The notes: a model not told the origin generated them from the letters alone. DNA of 64,000 nucleotides from Alphaproteobacteria bacterium (GCA_964291285.2 OZ219787.1:736001-800000); one strand, 5' to 3'. Shown: positions 1-11,276, numbered from the stretch's first letter. Program-made: numbers and translations.

Positions 1-242
1 CCGAGCCGCCGGCTGGCGGCGCGCCCGCCGATAACCGCGATCCCTTCGAACCCATCAACGGAGCACCGCACATGCCCGGCGCCACGCTTCCCATCCGCGT
101 CGAGGTCTCCCACCTCGTGACAGACGAGCCCACATGGATCCAGGAGTGGAACGGAACCGAGATCACCACCACCCGACTTCCAAACGCCGATCCCGACGCC
201 GGCGATATCGACGACTGGGGCGGCTACGCCTTCAATGACGAA

Positions 243-1269
243 CCTGCTTATTCTCAAGGATCATCCTGCAATGAGTAGTTGATATGGGATGGGTTGTGTT
301 CTGACGGCGCTGTGAAGGAAGCGTGGGATCATGGAGTTGAGTTGGTATCGTCGGTTGTATCGCCATGCGAAGCTGGCGAGGTAGCGTTCGGCATGGTCGG
401 GACCGAGCTTTCGGTAGGTTCCGGCGATGGCGCTCTTGATGTTGCCGAGGGTCGTGTTGACCCATTTGAAGGGGGCCATGCGGGCTGCCCGGCGGCCTGA
501 GCCGGTACGGATGGCGCTGTGGCTTGCGGCGATGCCGTCGAGGGCGTTCCAGCAGTGCAGGGCATCGGTGACGACCTCCGTCCCCGGGGCCAGCCAGCGT
601 TTGGCGCCGCGCGCGATCTCGCGCTTGCGGAAGCCCCTGACCGGGACGAGCTTGACCTTGCGCGGAGCCCCTTCGGCGCTGGTCGAGACCGCCGCCACGA
701 AGGGCGTCTTGCCCGGCGCGCCCCGGCCGCGCTTGCCGCCGGAGCGCGACCCGCCGAGATAGGCGTCGTCCATCTCGACCCGTCCTTCGAGCCGCGTGTC
801 GGCTTCGCGCCGGGCCATCACCGCCATGATCTTCTGCTTCATGCTCCAGGCGGTCGGCTGCCTGACCCCGAGGCGGCGACCGAGTTCCACCGACGAAATG
901 CCGTTCTTCGCCGTCACCACAAGGTGGATCGCCGCAAACCACAACGTCAGGGGCAGCTTGGTCGAGTGGAAGATCGTCCCCGACGTCACCGAAACCTGCT
1001 TCTTGCAGCGGTTGCACTGGTAAAGCCTGCGCCCGGCAAGAATGCAGTGCCCCCGATGCCCGCAGGAGCCGCACTCGAAACCGTTCGGCCAGCGCAATCG
1101 GGCTAGCACCGCCCGGCACTGATCCTCCGTGCCGAACGACGCTCGGAACGCATCGTCGCTCAAGCCACGAACACGCGATGCAACCTTGAATGCCATATCC
1201 ATGACCTCCCGATAACAGAAACCCTTCCAAACCTACAATCTCACAAGATGACTCTCAAGAATAAGCAGG
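243..1269 (-). mobile_element. IS1595-family insertion sequence
   Basis: Terminal IRs start CCTGCTTATTCT at both ends; 8-bp target duplication ATGACGAA at 235-242 and 1270-1277. Confidence 0.95.
261..1202 (-). CDS. IS1595-family transposase
   Basis: N-terminal zinc ribbon (RWPNGFECGSC...YQCNRC), VEMDDAY and VVTD catalytic motifs, YL..F.WRYNRR. Confidence 0.95.
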   Translation of the reverse strand: MDMAFKVASRVRGLSDDAFRASFGTEDQCRAVLARLRWPNGFECGSCGHRGHCILAGRRLYQCNRCKKQVSVTSGTIFHSTKLPLTLWFAAIHLVVTAKNGISSVELGRRLGVRQPTAWSMKQKIMAVMARREADTRLEGRVEMDDAYLGGSRSGGKRGRGAPGKTPFVAAVSTSAEGAPRKVKLVPVRGFRKREIARGAKRWLAPGTEVVTDALHCWNALDGIAASHSAIRTGSGRRAARMAPFKWVNTTLGNIKSAIAGTYRKLGPDHAERYLASFAWRYNRRYQLNSMIPRFLHSAVRTQPIPYQLLIAG

Positions 1270-1383
1270 ATGACGAATGGGAACGCGTTTTCGCGAAATG
1301 GGCCCCGCAGGAAGTGGCCGACGAGATCATCGATCTGCAAAACGGCGCCGGCTTCAACGCACGCCTCCTGCCCCAGGGTCATC

Positions 1384-2316
1384 ATGGCTGAGCACACCCT
1401 CATCGAATGGGCAGACGAGACCTGGAACCCCATCACCGGGTGCAGCGCCGCCAGCCCGGGCTGCCGGCATTGCTACGCCGTCCGCAGCGCCGCAAGCCGG
1501 CTGAAGAACCATCCCTCCCGGCAGGGCCTGACCCGCCAGACCAGGACCGGCCGGGCCTGGACCGGCGAGGTTCGCTTCAACGAACAATGGCTGATCGAGC
1601 CGCTCCGCCGGCGAAACCACAAACGCATATTCGCATGCGCTCACGCGGACCTCTTCCATCCAGCCGTCCCTACCAAATGGATCGACCGCATCCACGCCGT
1701 CATGGCGCTCGCCGACCGGCACGACTTCCAGGTCCTGACCAAGCGGTCCAGGCGCATGCAGGCCTATTTCGCCGATCCGGACCTGGACGAGCGCGTAAGG
1801 GAAGCCGCCCGCGAACTTCAATCGATCTATCCCCGCCACGTCGACCCCGACAGACTTGCGGGACAACCGCTGTTCCCGCTTCCCAACGAATGGCTGGGCG
1901 TATCCGTCGAGGACCCCCCTCGCACCTACCGCATCGACGATCTGCGCCGAACCCCGGCCGCGCTCAGGTTCATCTCCTTCGAGCCGCTTCTGGAGGGTAT
2001 CAACCCTCCCGACCTCACGGGAATTTCCTGGGCGATCGTGGGCGGCGAAAGCGGCCCCCGCGCCCGCCGCATGTCCGTGAACTGGGTCCACTGGATCCAC
2101 GACGCCTGCTTCGAGCAGAACGTCGCGTTCTTCTTCAAGCAGTGGGGCGGCCCGCGTCCGAAGAGCGCCGGGCGGCTGCTCGACGGCGAGCTTCACGACA
2201 CCATTCCGCAGCGCCTGGAGGACGGCTCGTACTTCATCCCGCTGCCCGCAGAGAACCGCAACCTCGATGCCGCCATCCGCAGGACGGAAGCATTTCTGGC
2301 CGCGTCGCAAAAATGA
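1384..2316 (+). CDS. Phage Gp37/Gp68 (DUF5131) family protein
   Basis: IEW.D.TWNPITGC...SPGC.HCYA, DLFH, FQVLTKR, WLGVSVE, SFEPLL, WAIVGGESG, FFFKQWG; start moved to ATG 1384. Confidence 0.9.
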   Translation: MAEHTLIEWADETWNPITGCSAASPGCRHCYAVRSAASRLKNHPSRQGLTRQTRTGRAWTGEVRFNEQWLIEPLRRRNHKRIFACAHADLFHPAVPTKWIDRIHAVMALADRHDFQVLTKRSRRMQAYFADPDLDERVREAARELQSIYPRHVDPDRLAGQPLFPLPNEWLGVSVEDPPRTYRIDDLRRTPAALRFISFEPLLEGINPPDLTGISWAIVGGESGPRARRMSVNWVHWIHDACFEQNVAFFFKQWGGPRPKSAGRLLDGELHDTIPQRLEDGSYFIPLPAENRNLDAAIRRTEAFLAASQK

Positions 2317-2508
2317 CGGGCGCAGCAATCGTGCTCCCACCCGTCAGGACCGGATGCCATGACTACAGACCACCCACCGACGCCACCGCTTTCCGAGCTG
2401 TCTGCACCCGGAACCTTCAAACTTTCGCACATCCCCTTCCATTCGCTACTCTTCGATAAGTGGCCGGGCCATGCCATCGCCCGCGCCGGTTTCGATGCTG
2501 CGGACTGA

Positions 2509-4098
2509 TTGATGTTCGATATCCCGCCTGACCTCTCGCGCGTCGCTCTCTACGCGCGCTACTCGTCCCACCTCCAGAACCCGAAGTCGATTCAGGACCA
2601 GCTTGCGGAATGCCACCGTCACATCCAAAATCTGGGCGGCACCGTCATTGCTGAATTCGAAGATCCCGCACTGTCCGGGTCGACCGCATCATCGAGACCC
2701 GGTCTTCAGGCCTTGCTCCAGGACTGCCGCAACGAACGGTTCACCGCAGTCTGCACCGAAGCGCTCGACCGAATCAGCCGCGATGTCGGTGATACTGCCA
2801 TCATACGCAAGAAACTCGCGTTCAACCGGATCGCACTCATCACCATCAGCGAAGGCGTCGTCGGACCCATCGTGGCAGCGTTCAAAGGAACGATGAACGA
2901 AATGTTCCTCCACGACCTCGCCAAAAAGACCCGCAGAGGCCAGATCGGCCTCATCCGCCAAGGACGCCAGATCGGCCCCCCCGCATACGGATACCGTCTT
3001 GCAAACCGCATCGATGGCTCCAAGGTCATTCGCGGCCTTCGCGAAATCGATCCCGAGACATCACCAATCGTTCGACGCATCTACCGCATGTATCTTGAAG
3101 GACGCTCCGCGCGCGCCATCGCCCGCACCCTCAACGAAGACGGAATCCCCCCGCCCCGCACAGCCAAAGCATGGAACCACAGCGCGCTAACCGGCGCTCA
3201 CTCGTTCTTCGGCATCCTGACCAACCCGATATACAAGGGCAACGTTCACTACGGCGTCATCGAAACCGCCATTGATCCAGCCACCGCCAAGCGGGTATAT
3301 CGAACGCAGCCCAAGCATACTTGGGAAGTCACACACGTTCCTCACCTCCAGATTATCGATGAAAAAACCTGGGACGCCGTCCAGGAACGCATCCACTCGC
3401 GCTCTCTTCCCCGAAGGCATCTCACTGGCGCGCCAGCTCTCGCCCGCGGCGCCATGCCCCTCACGCCGCTGCTGCGATGCGCCAAATGCCATGGCCCCGT
3501 CCGCACCATCGCACGCAATCGATGGGCCTGCCAGGCGAGCAGGTCCAACAGCGCATGCTCGTGCAACGCCAGAACCTTCGTCCTGCGCGACGTCGACCTC
3601 CGATGCGCCCGCCAGCTCCTCTCCTGGATCCGCCGCGGCAAGCAATGGGATCACATCGTTCAGGAAGCACAGAACCGCATCGTGGAAACCCGCGCCCATC
3701 TCGAAGCCGAAATTACCGACCGCACGCTCCGGCAAAGCCGCCTCATAACGGCTGTCGAAACCGGCGCCGACGTCCCGGAAATGCACAAACGAATCGTGGA
3801 ACTGTCTCAGGAAATCGCCAACCTTAAAGCCGAACTCGCCCGCAACGCAGACCACTCCCCCCTTCAGGCGAACAGCCGCGACATCCGCCCTATCCTCGTA
3901 GACCGCGCCCGCCGCATCCAGTCCGACATCGAAACCGGCGCCCCCGAAATCCGAATACCGGCAACCATCGAACTGGCCGGGTTCCTCGAGCATGTCGACA
4001 TGTCGCCCGGCCCGGGACCGGGCAAGGCCCGACTAAGAATTCGGCCGAACGTGATCTCCCTCATTCGCGCAGCGACCAGCGCACCGGCCGAGGCCTGA
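2509..4098 (+). CDS. Large serine recombinase (resolvase + recombinase + zinc ribbon)
   Basis: YARYSS catalytic motif, SRPGLQ.LL, LDRISRD, GY, ILTNPIYKG, LLRCAKCHG zinc ribbon, coiled coil. Confidence 0.92.
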   Translation: MMFDIPPDLSRVALYARYSSHLQNPKSIQDQLAECHRHIQNLGGTVIAEFEDPALSGSTASSRPGLQALLQDCRNERFTAVCTEALDRISRDVGDTAIIRKKLAFNRIALITISEGVVGPIVAAFKGTMNEMFLHDLAKKTRRGQIGLIRQGRQIGPPAYGYRLANRIDGSKVIRGLREIDPETSPIVRRIYRMYLEGRSARAIARTLNEDGIPPPRTAKAWNHSALTGAHSFFGILTNPIYKGNVHYGVIETAIDPATAKRVYRTQPKHTWEVTHVPHLQIIDEKTWDAVQERIHSRSLPRRHLTGAPALARGAMPLTPLLRCAKCHGPVRTIARNRWACQASRSNSACSCNARTFVLRDVDLRCARQLLSWIRRGKQWDHIVQEAQNRIVETRAHLEAEITDRTLRQSRLITAVETGADVPEMHKRIVELSQEIANLKAELARNADHSPLQANSRDIRPILVDRARRIQSDIETGAPEIRIPATIELAGFLEHVDMSPGPGPGKARLRIRPNVISLIRAATSAPAEA

Positions 4099-4108
4099 CC
4101 CGCGCTTC

Positions 4109-4399
4109 TCAGCGCCGTCCGGCAACAATGTCGCGAAAGACCTTGCCGGCCCGGAACCGGACCCGCTTGTGGGGCGGCACCACAACCACACCGCCCGTTG
4201 CCGGGTTCCTCGCGCGGCTCTCCGCGATCTCCCTGACGCGGAACGTCCCGAACCCCCTCAAGGTCAACTCTCCATGTTCGGCAAGCGTCCTCATCTGCGC
4301 ATCCAGAACGACCGATACGAACCCCATCGCCGCCTGCCTGTCCACGCTGAGCATCTGGGCAACTTTCGCTGCTACTTCCGTCTTTCCAGCCGTCATCAT
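4109..4399 (-). CDS. HU/IHF-family DNA-binding protein
   Basis: LTLRGFGTFRV...RARNPATG...VRFRAGK signature; SD AAGGGGAG before ATG 4399. Confidence 0.9.
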   Translation of the reverse strand: MMTAGKTEVAAKVAQMLSVDRQAAMGFVSVVLDAQMRTLAEHGELTLRGFGTFRVREIAESRARNPATGGVVVVPPHKRVRFRAGKVFRDIVAGRR

Positions 4400-4617
4400 C
4401 CGCTCCCCTTCCAAAACCCTTCGCAGTCAATAACCCCGCCGCGTTTCTCTGTCCACCCGAACACCCTCAATCCCTTTTCCTGCCCCGATCTTCGCCGTCA
4501 ATCAAACTGCGTAAAATGCAGCAATAACCTGGATGATTTCCTCATGCGACTCTCGACGAATTCCTCCTTTCCGAGTATACTCGAACCCCTTGTAAACAGC
4601 CCTTCCGGAGCACTTGC

Positions 4618-4896
4618 ATGGCCCGTTGCCGACACCCATCCACCACCCTCATCTTCGAGGGCTCCCAGACCAGCCGGACCCGCATCCAGATATACCAGTG
4701 CCGTCACTGCCGGGCCGTCCAGTCTCACGTCGTCGAAGCCGGCCGCGTCGAGGTCCACGACTGGAAACCACTTCCCTTCCCGGCCCTGCCCGTTCGAGAC
4801 CAATTGCGCTGCCTTCTCGCTCTTGCGAAGCCGCCGATGCCTCTTCCTCTCCATGCTCTGAACAGCGACCAGGCGTTCGACCGCGCGCACGCCTGA
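4618..4896 (+). CDS. Small hypothetical protein, possibly Zn-binding
   Basis: GGAG upstream; CRH and CRHC motifs; no family recognised. Confidence 0.4.
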   Translation: MARCRHPSTTLIFEGSQTSRTRIQIYQCRHCRAVQSHVVEAGRVEVHDWKPLPFPALPVRDQLRCLLALAKPPMPLPLHALNSDQAFDRAHA

Positions 4897-5204
4897 TCGT
4901 CTCCTCCCGACCTCCCTCAAACTCACCGGCGCCTGGCATCCCGGCGCGCATGCGAGTGCAGGAAAGCGCCTGTCGGACGGGCCTTCCCTTGTACCGATTC
5001 CCGGTTCCCCCGTTTTGCCGTCATCGCCTCCGCCCGGTCCCGGTTTCAACTCCATGAACCCACTTCCGGCTTTCGACCCGGGCACGTCATCCATACGAAA
5101 CCGCCAGTTAAGGGAAGGTCCTGTTCCGATAAGCGTTGAGGCGGTCCGGGTCCTCCCCGGGTCCCCGCGCTTGCTTCTCCCTGCAAACGACGAGGCAGTG
5201 CCCA

Positions 5205-7349
5205 ATGGCGATACCCGCTTCCGCCGCGGTCATCCAGACCGTCCCCCTTTCCCATCTCTTCCTGGCCCCGGAGAATGTCCGCGCGACGCCTCCGAGCAAG
5301 AGCGCCCAGGCCGAGCTGAAGGCCTCGGTCTTCAATCACGGCCTCCTCGAGAACCTGGTCGTCCGCGAGAGCGATCCCGCCAGGAACGGCGATCCCCGGT
5401 TCGGGGTCCTCGCAGGTGGCCGGCGCCTGGCCGTGCTCCAGGAGCTCGCCTCCGAAGGCGATATCCCCACCGACCATCCCATCCCCTGCATAGTCGCCAC
5501 GGCCGACACCCCGGCCGAGGAAATCTCGCTCGCCGAGAACGTCGTTCGCCTGGCGATGCACCCGGCAGACCAGGTCTCGGCCTTCTCCCGGCTTCTGGAT
5601 GCCGGAGCCAGCGTCACCGAAGTCGCCACCCGCTTCGGGGTCTCGCAGCGCCTGGTCAAGCAGCGCATGCGCCTCGGCAATGCCGCTCCCGAGATCATCC
5701 AGGCGTTCCGCGACGACCGTATCGACATGGAGACGCTGCAGGCGTTCAGCCTGACCACGGACCACACCCGCCAGATGGCCGTGTGGGAACAGCTCTCCGG
5801 CCTATCCTACCGGCCCAACGCCTACCAGGTCTCACGCATGCTCACCTCCGAGCGCGTGCCCTCCGGCGCCGCCATCGCCCAGTTCGTCGGCATCAATGCC
5901 TACAAGGCCGCCGGCGGCACGTTCCTGCGCGACCTGTTCTCCACCCGCGCCACCACCTGGCTCGACAATCCGGACCTCCTGAACGAGCTCGCCATGGCCA
6001 AGCTCACCGAGGAAGCGGAAAAGGTCTCCGCCGACTGGAAATGGGCGGTCCCGATGATCGAGGTTGAGTGGGCAACCACCGCCCAGCTTGGCCGCGTCTA
6101 TCCCGTCCCGGCCGAGCCGACCGAAGACGAGCAGAAGGCGATCGACAAGCACCGCGAGCGCATTGCCCGGATCGAGGCCACCGCCGAAGAAGACTGGACC
6201 GAGGAACTCGGCCAGGAACACGCCGCCGCCCACAGCGAGATCGCGCGCATCGATGGCGAGGTTGCCTCGCGCGCGGCCTACACGGACGAGGACAGGGCGA
6301 TCGCCGGCTGCATCGTGACGATCGACCGCGACGGCGCGCTGAGGACGCTCACCGGCCTCGTCCACCCGGACGACATGCCCGAGGAACCCGAGGAGGACAC
6401 CGCCTCGACGGGCACGCCGCCGGGTCCGGACCCGGACCGCTACCGCGCACCCGCCGACCGCAGCCCCGACCCCCACGCCGCGGCACGCAAGGCCGCGGGG
6501 ATCGGCATCGGCCTCGCCGACGACATGCGGGCCATCCGGACCACCACCGTCAAAGCGCACCTGCAAAAGGACTTCGAGGCGGCCTTCGACCTTCTGGCGT
6601 TCCAGATGGCACGCGCCGTCTTCGCGCAGGGCTACAACTACCAGCCCACCAGTCTCGACATCTCCTTCTCCCGAACGCAGACCCGTCCGACCAACCGCGT
6701 CAACGACCGGGACTTCGACACCTGGAATCCCGACGCGGGCAAGCTCGACGACGTATCGGACCTGCCGTTCGACTGGCTGGAAGACCCCTCCGCCCCCGGA
6801 TGCTTCGAGGCCTTCCGCGCCCTCTCCATGGACGACAAGCAGAAGCTGTTCGCGGCTGCCGTCGCCCGCACGCTGAAGGGCCAGCTCGCGTTCGAGCACG
6901 CTGCGCTGCCGGAGTTCGAATCGACCGTCGCCCGGCTCGATATCGACTTCGCCTCGCAGATTCGCCCGACCGCCGACATGTTCTGGTCGCGGATCAACAA
7001 AAGCCAACTCCTCGATATCGCCCGCGAGACGCTCGGCCCCGACTGGGCCGCCACGCACTCGAAGCAGAAGAAGACCGAGCTGGCGTCCGCCATGGAGAAG
7101 GCCTTCGCCGCCGGCGAGGTCCCGCTCGGGGTGACCGCCGCGGGGCATGCCGCCGCGCTGGCCTGGGCGCCGCCCGGCTTCGCGGCCTTCAACAACATCG
7201 TCGACCCGCCGGCCGGTCAGCAGGACACTGGCGACGGCTCCGAGGCCTCCGCCGCCTCCGAGGCACCGGACATCCCCGAGGCCGCCAACGACGACACCGA
7301 GACCGCCCCGGCCCCGGAGGTTCCGGAGTTCCTCCGCAACGTCTCCTGA
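5205..7349 (+). CDS. ParB/RepB/Spo0J-family protein (long plasmid/ICE type)
   Basis: GLLENLVV, VLAGGRRL, ISLAENVVRLAMHPADQ, HTH; typical C-terminal P.ADMFWSRI.K domain. Confidence 0.9.
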   Translation: MAIPASAAVIQTVPLSHLFLAPENVRATPPSKSAQAELKASVFNHGLLENLVVRESDPARNGDPRFGVLAGGRRLAVLQELASEGDIPTDHPIPCIVATADTPAEEISLAENVVRLAMHPADQVSAFSRLLDAGASVTEVATRFGVSQRLVKQRMRLGNAAPEIIQAFRDDRIDMETLQAFSLTTDHTRQMAVWEQLSGLSYRPNAYQVSRMLTSERVPSGAAIAQFVGINAYKAAGGTFLRDLFSTRATTWLDNPDLLNELAMAKLTEEAEKVSADWKWAVPMIEVEWATTAQLGRVYPVPAEPTEDEQKAIDKHRERIARIEATAEEDWTEELGQEHAAAHSEIARIDGEVASRAAYTDEDRAIAGCIVTIDRDGALRTLTGLVHPDDMPEEPEEDTASTGTPPGPDPDRYRAPADRSPDPHAAARKAAGIGIGLADDMRAIRTTTVKAHLQKDFEAAFDLLAFQMARAVFAQGYNYQPTSLDISFSRTQTRPTNRVNDRDFDTWNPDAGKLDDVSDLPFDWLEDPSAPGCFEAFRALSMDDKQKLFAAAVARTLKGQLAFEHAALPEFESTVARLDIDFASQIRPTADMFWSRINKSQLLDIARETLGPDWAATHSKQKKTELASAMEKAFAAGEVPLGVTAAGHAAALAWAPPGFAAFNNIVDPPAGQQDTGDGSEASAASEAPDIPEAANDDTETAPAPEVPEFLRNVS

Positions 7350-7373
7350 CCGCCCTATCGGCAACCTTCCATC

Positions 7374-7409
7374 GCCCCGCCAGACCCGCTCTGGCGGGGC
7401 TTTTCTTTT
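7374..7409 (+). terminator. Intrinsic terminator
   Basis: 11-bp stem GCCCCGCCAGA/TCTGGCGGGGC followed by TTTTCTTTT. Confidence 0.7.
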
Positions 7410-8291
7410 CCGCGCCTGCACCAGGAACCCGCCCATGAACGCATCCGCCTTCCCGCGCTCGATCCGGGCGCGCATCGACGAATCCACCCTCGACCGCGTG
7501 CCGAGGATGTTCTCCGCCAGCATCGAGGACATCGTCGCAGAGACCCTCCAGAACGCCCGCCGCGCCGGCGCCACCAGGGTCGATATCAAGGTCGAACGCC
7601 CGATCCCTTCGGCCGAGCAATCCCACCGCATCACCATCTGCGACGACGGCGCCGGCATCGCGGACCCCGGCGTCCTGCTTTCCTACGGGCAGAACGGCTG
7701 GAACCGCGACCTCATCGAGCGCGAAGACGCCGCCGGCATGGGCTTCCTCAGCCTCGCACGCATCGGCTGCACCGTCGCCTCGCGCCCGCAGTCCCTCAAC
7801 GGCCGGGCCCATGACGGCTGGCGCGTCCAGCTCGACACCGAGCACTTCACCGGCAAGGTCCCGGCGTCTGTTACCCGCTACGAACAGGCCCCGTGGCCCC
7901 ACGGCACGTCGATCGCGTTCCTGATCGTCACCCACGTCATGAACATCCGCAACGCCATCGCCAACGCCTGCCGCTACTATCCCCTCCCGGTCACCTTGTC
8001 CGGGCTCCCCGATTCGCCGCCTCCTGGCGAACCTCTTCCCCGCAAGGACTTCCTCGAGGACGCAATCCACGAGCAATCCTGGGAAGGCATCCGGATCGGC
8101 ATTCTCGCGAACAGCCGCCGCCCCTACCGCGAGCCCACCATCAACTTTCACGGCCACACGATCGAAACCGGCCTGCCGCATGAATCGTCCATCGACGGCC
8201 CGGACTGGTCCGTCCGTATCGACATCGAGAACTGCCCCGAGCTGGAACTCGTCCTCCCGGCCCGCAAGGAACTCGTCGCGACACCGTTCAT

Positions 8292-9987
8292 CCTAAATCC
8301 GGCAGTTGAGGATGGCTTGGCCTTGCCGAATCCCTTGTAGTCTGCGGGTATGAGCGGCTTTTCAGGGGCCGAAGAGGCTCACCCTTTGGGTGATTATCCT
8401 GGCGCTGTGCGGGATGTCGCCCGAGCGTCGGTGAAGGTGGACACCTTCGGCGGCGCGGTTCATGTGGAATGGGACCCTGATGCGGCGGTGACGCCGCTGG
8501 GGCATCTGGCGTTTTTCTCGGAATACCTGAAGGTAAGCGGTCGCTTTGACGCTTTGGTTGCGGACTGCCCGCTGCACTACACGAGCCCGAACGCGCCGTC
8601 GAAGCGGGATGTCCTGGGGACGGTTCTTCTGTCGGTTCTGGCGGGGCAGTCTCGCTATGCGCACATCACGTCGCTGCGCGGCGACGGGGTGAACCCTGCG
8701 CTGCTGGGTATGGACAAGGTTGCGAGCGAGGATTCGGTGCGGCGCGGTCTGGAGCGGATCGGTGCGGATGTCGGCACATCGTGGCTTCAGGGCCATCTGG
8801 ACGAGGTGGTCCGTCCGCTGCTGAGGGAGCCGTGGGTTCTGGACTGCGACACGACGATCAAGGCGCTTTACGGTCGTCAGGAGGGGGCGGTTGTGAGCTA
8901 CAACCCGAAGAAGCCGGGCCGCCCCTCGCATGCCTGCCATGCGTTCCTGATGGCGGGCACGCGGCTTGTTCTGGATGTCGAGGTGGCGCCGGGCAACCAT
9001 CACCATTCGAGGCGCGCGGCGCCGTCCTTGTGGGCGTTGCTCGACCGTCTCGGTCGGGATCGCTGGCCGCGTCTGGTGCGGGGCGATAAGGACTGGGGCA
9101 GCGAGGCCAACATGGCGTCGTGCGAGGCTGCGGGTCTGGACTATTTGTTCAAGCTGCGCCTGACGAAGGGGGCGCGCCGGCTTGCCGAGCGGCTGATGGT
9201 GCGGGACGGCTGGGAGGATGCAGGCCAGGGCTGGTCGGGGATCGGGGCCGATCTGCGTCTGCAGGGCTGGAGCCGGACGCGCCGGGTTGTGGTGCTGCGT
9301 CGGCGGCTTCCTGCGACGCTGGCGCTGACGCGTGGCGACAAGGCCCAGGGCGAGCTGTTCTGGACCGAGGCGCAGCCCGGCACCGGGGTGTGGGAGTTCG
9401 CGGTGCTGGCGACCTCGCTGGACCTGGAGATACGCTCGCTGGCCCAGCTCTACCGCGACCGGGCGGACGCGGAGAACGGCTTCGACGAGTTGAAGAACCA
9501 GTGGGGTTGGGGCGGCTTCACCACGCGCGACCTGACGCGCTGCCGGCACATGGCCCGGCTGATCGCGCTCATCTACAACTGGTGGAGCCTGTTCGTGCGC
9601 CTCGCCGACCCCGACCATCACCGCGAGGCGATCACCAGCCGGCCGCTGCTCCTGCACGGGGTTGCCCGCCAGACCCACCACGCCGGCCAGACCCGGCTGA
9701 CGGTGACCTCCCATCACGGGCGTCGCAAGACGGTGATGGCGGCGCTGCGCCGGATCGCCGGCTTCTTCCGGTCGCTGACGCAAACTGCGGAGCAGTTGAG
9801 CGCCGGGGATCGCTGGCGCCGCATCCTCGCCGAGGCGCTCAGGAAATACCTCCATGGCCGCGAACCGGGGCGTCAACCCTGGCTGCCGCCACCCAGGGCC
9901 GCGACCACGTGCTGAAATCCACGCCCAAATCCGACCGTTCACACTACCCCGAGACAGCGATCAAGCTCGTCAACTGCCGGATTTAGG
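8292..9987 (+). mobile_element. IS1380-family insertion sequence
   Basis: Perfect 18-bp IR CCTAAATCCGGCAGTTGA; 5-bp TSD TTCAT at 8287-8291 and 9988-9992. Confidence 0.93.
8350..9915 (+). CDS. IS1380-family transposase
   Basis: LDCDTT, VRGD, YRDRADAENGFDELK DDE motifs. Confidence 0.9.
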   Translation: MSGFSGAEEAHPLGDYPGAVRDVARASVKVDTFGGAVHVEWDPDAAVTPLGHLAFFSEYLKVSGRFDALVADCPLHYTSPNAPSKRDVLGTVLLSVLAGQSRYAHITSLRGDGVNPALLGMDKVASEDSVRRGLERIGADVGTSWLQGHLDEVVRPLLREPWVLDCDTTIKALYGRQEGAVVSYNPKKPGRPSHACHAFLMAGTRLVLDVEVAPGNHHHSRRAAPSLWALLDRLGRDRWPRLVRGDKDWGSEANMASCEAAGLDYLFKLRLTKGARRLAERLMVRDGWEDAGQGWSGIGADLRLQGWSRTRRVVVLRRRLPATLALTRGDKAQGELFWTEAQPGTGVWEFAVLATSLDLEIRSLAQLYRDRADAENGFDELKNQWGWGGFTTRDLTRCRHMARLIALIYNWWSLFVRLADPDHHREAITSRPLLLHGVARQTHHAGQTRLTVTSHHGRRKTVMAALRRIAGFFRSLTQTAEQLSAGDRWRRILAEALRKYLHGREPGRQPWLPPPRAATTC

Positions 9988-10868
9988 TTCATACCGCGCA
10001 TGAAAGAGGCCTGCAGGCACGCCATCTACCGCGCCATGGCCGCCCACCCCGATCCCCGGCCGAACTACAGGACATGGGCCGCAGCCCGGGACGCCGGCAT
10101 CCATATCGCGCCACCCCCACCACACCTGCGTCCCTGGCGCCCAGCCGACGCCGACTCGTGCAGCAATCGCGAATGTCCGCCCCGCGAGCCGCTCTCCCCC
10201 GATCCCCTCCTCGTCGACTTCCAGGAAACCCCACCTCTCTCGCAGGCCTTCTGGCGCGCGGCCCAGCGAGCCGGCATCCACGACCGCCTGTATTGCCAGG
10301 ATACCGATCTCGCCGGCTACGATTGGTACGACGCTCTCCCGAGACTCACCGCCGTCGACATCGAGGTCATTGCCGGCTCTCTCGCCTGGTCCCTCGACGA
10401 TTTCCCGACGGACGACACCTCACCGGGTAGTCGTCCCGACGCCATCACCGCGCACCTCGGGATCAACCACGCCGACGGCTCCAATTCCGCGCTTGTCATC
10501 GACGCCGACCTTGCCTTCGCCGGCAACGAGGACTGCTACGTCGAGGAGATCGCGCCGCTCGTCACCGCCTCGAGCGACATACAGCCCCACGACCTGGCCC
10601 ACCTGATTCGCGAAGCATACTTCTGCTATTCGGACGACGCCGAGGCCAACTCCTGGGAAACCCAGCGCGAGGACTTCGAACTCATCGCCAACCGCATCGC
10701 CACCGAGCTTCTCTGCTCCGAAGACGAAGCCACCATCGACGCGATCCGCAACGAAGCCTCCCGCCACCTTCTCTGGCTCGCTCCGCACAAACGCACCGTC
10801 ACGATTTCGATCGAAGGCAGCAGGGTCCGGGTCTCCCTGAACGACATCCAACCTGAGGAGGCGGCCTG

Positions 10869-11231
10869 ATGCCCAAGACCGTTTCCGTCCAGTGCTGCTT
10901 CGCGCTCTACATGTCCAATACCGTCCAGGTCGAGGTCCCCGACGGCGAGGACATCGAAACCGCCCTCAACAGCGCCATCGAAACCGCAAACTTCGACGAC
11001 GGCTGGAAGCGCCTCGACTACGAAGGCCCGATCTTCATCGTCGCGGCCTGCAACGGACACAGCACCGATCCGGGAGCGTCGGCCGACCGCATCGAAGTGC
11101 CGTACATCCTGACGGAACGCGGCCAGATGCAGCTCGACATTCCGTCCGATGCACGGCCCGTCACCGACACCTCAAACCAGTCCGAGCAACCCGACACCCA
11201 CGACACTGCCTTGACCCGGCCCGCATCCTGA
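10869..11231 (+). CDS. Hypothetical protein
   Basis: TGATG coupling to upstream gene, GAGGAGG SD, element-like codon usage. Confidence 0.7.
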   Translation: MPKTVSVQCCFALYMSNTVQVEVPDGEDIETALNSAIETANFDDGWKRLDYEGPIFIVAACNGHSTDPGASADRIEVPYILTERGQMQLDIPSDARPVTDTSNQSEQPDTHDTALTRPAS

Positions 11232-11276
11232 CTTAACCGTCAATCCGATCCCGGAGCTTTCCAGGGAGACCACAAC

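Larger units (their letters stand above)
72..1391 (+). pseudogene. Small hypothetical protein split by IS1595
   Basis: Removing the IS and one ATGACGAA copy restores ...YAFNDE|WERVFAKWAPQEV...QGHHG* (stop 1389-1391), overlapping the next start. Confidence 0.75.
7435..10869 (+). pseudogene. GHKL/HATPase-like ATP-binding protein split by IS1380
   Basis: ETLQNARRAGA, DDGAGI, EDAAGMG motifs; removing the IS and one TTCAT joins ...ATPFI|PRMKEACRH... in frame with ORF 10000-10869. Confidence 0.85.

Noticed and set aside
4420-5200. oriT or ncRNA in the long spacer before parB
   Set aside because: No nic-site consensus or convincing structure could be identified by eye
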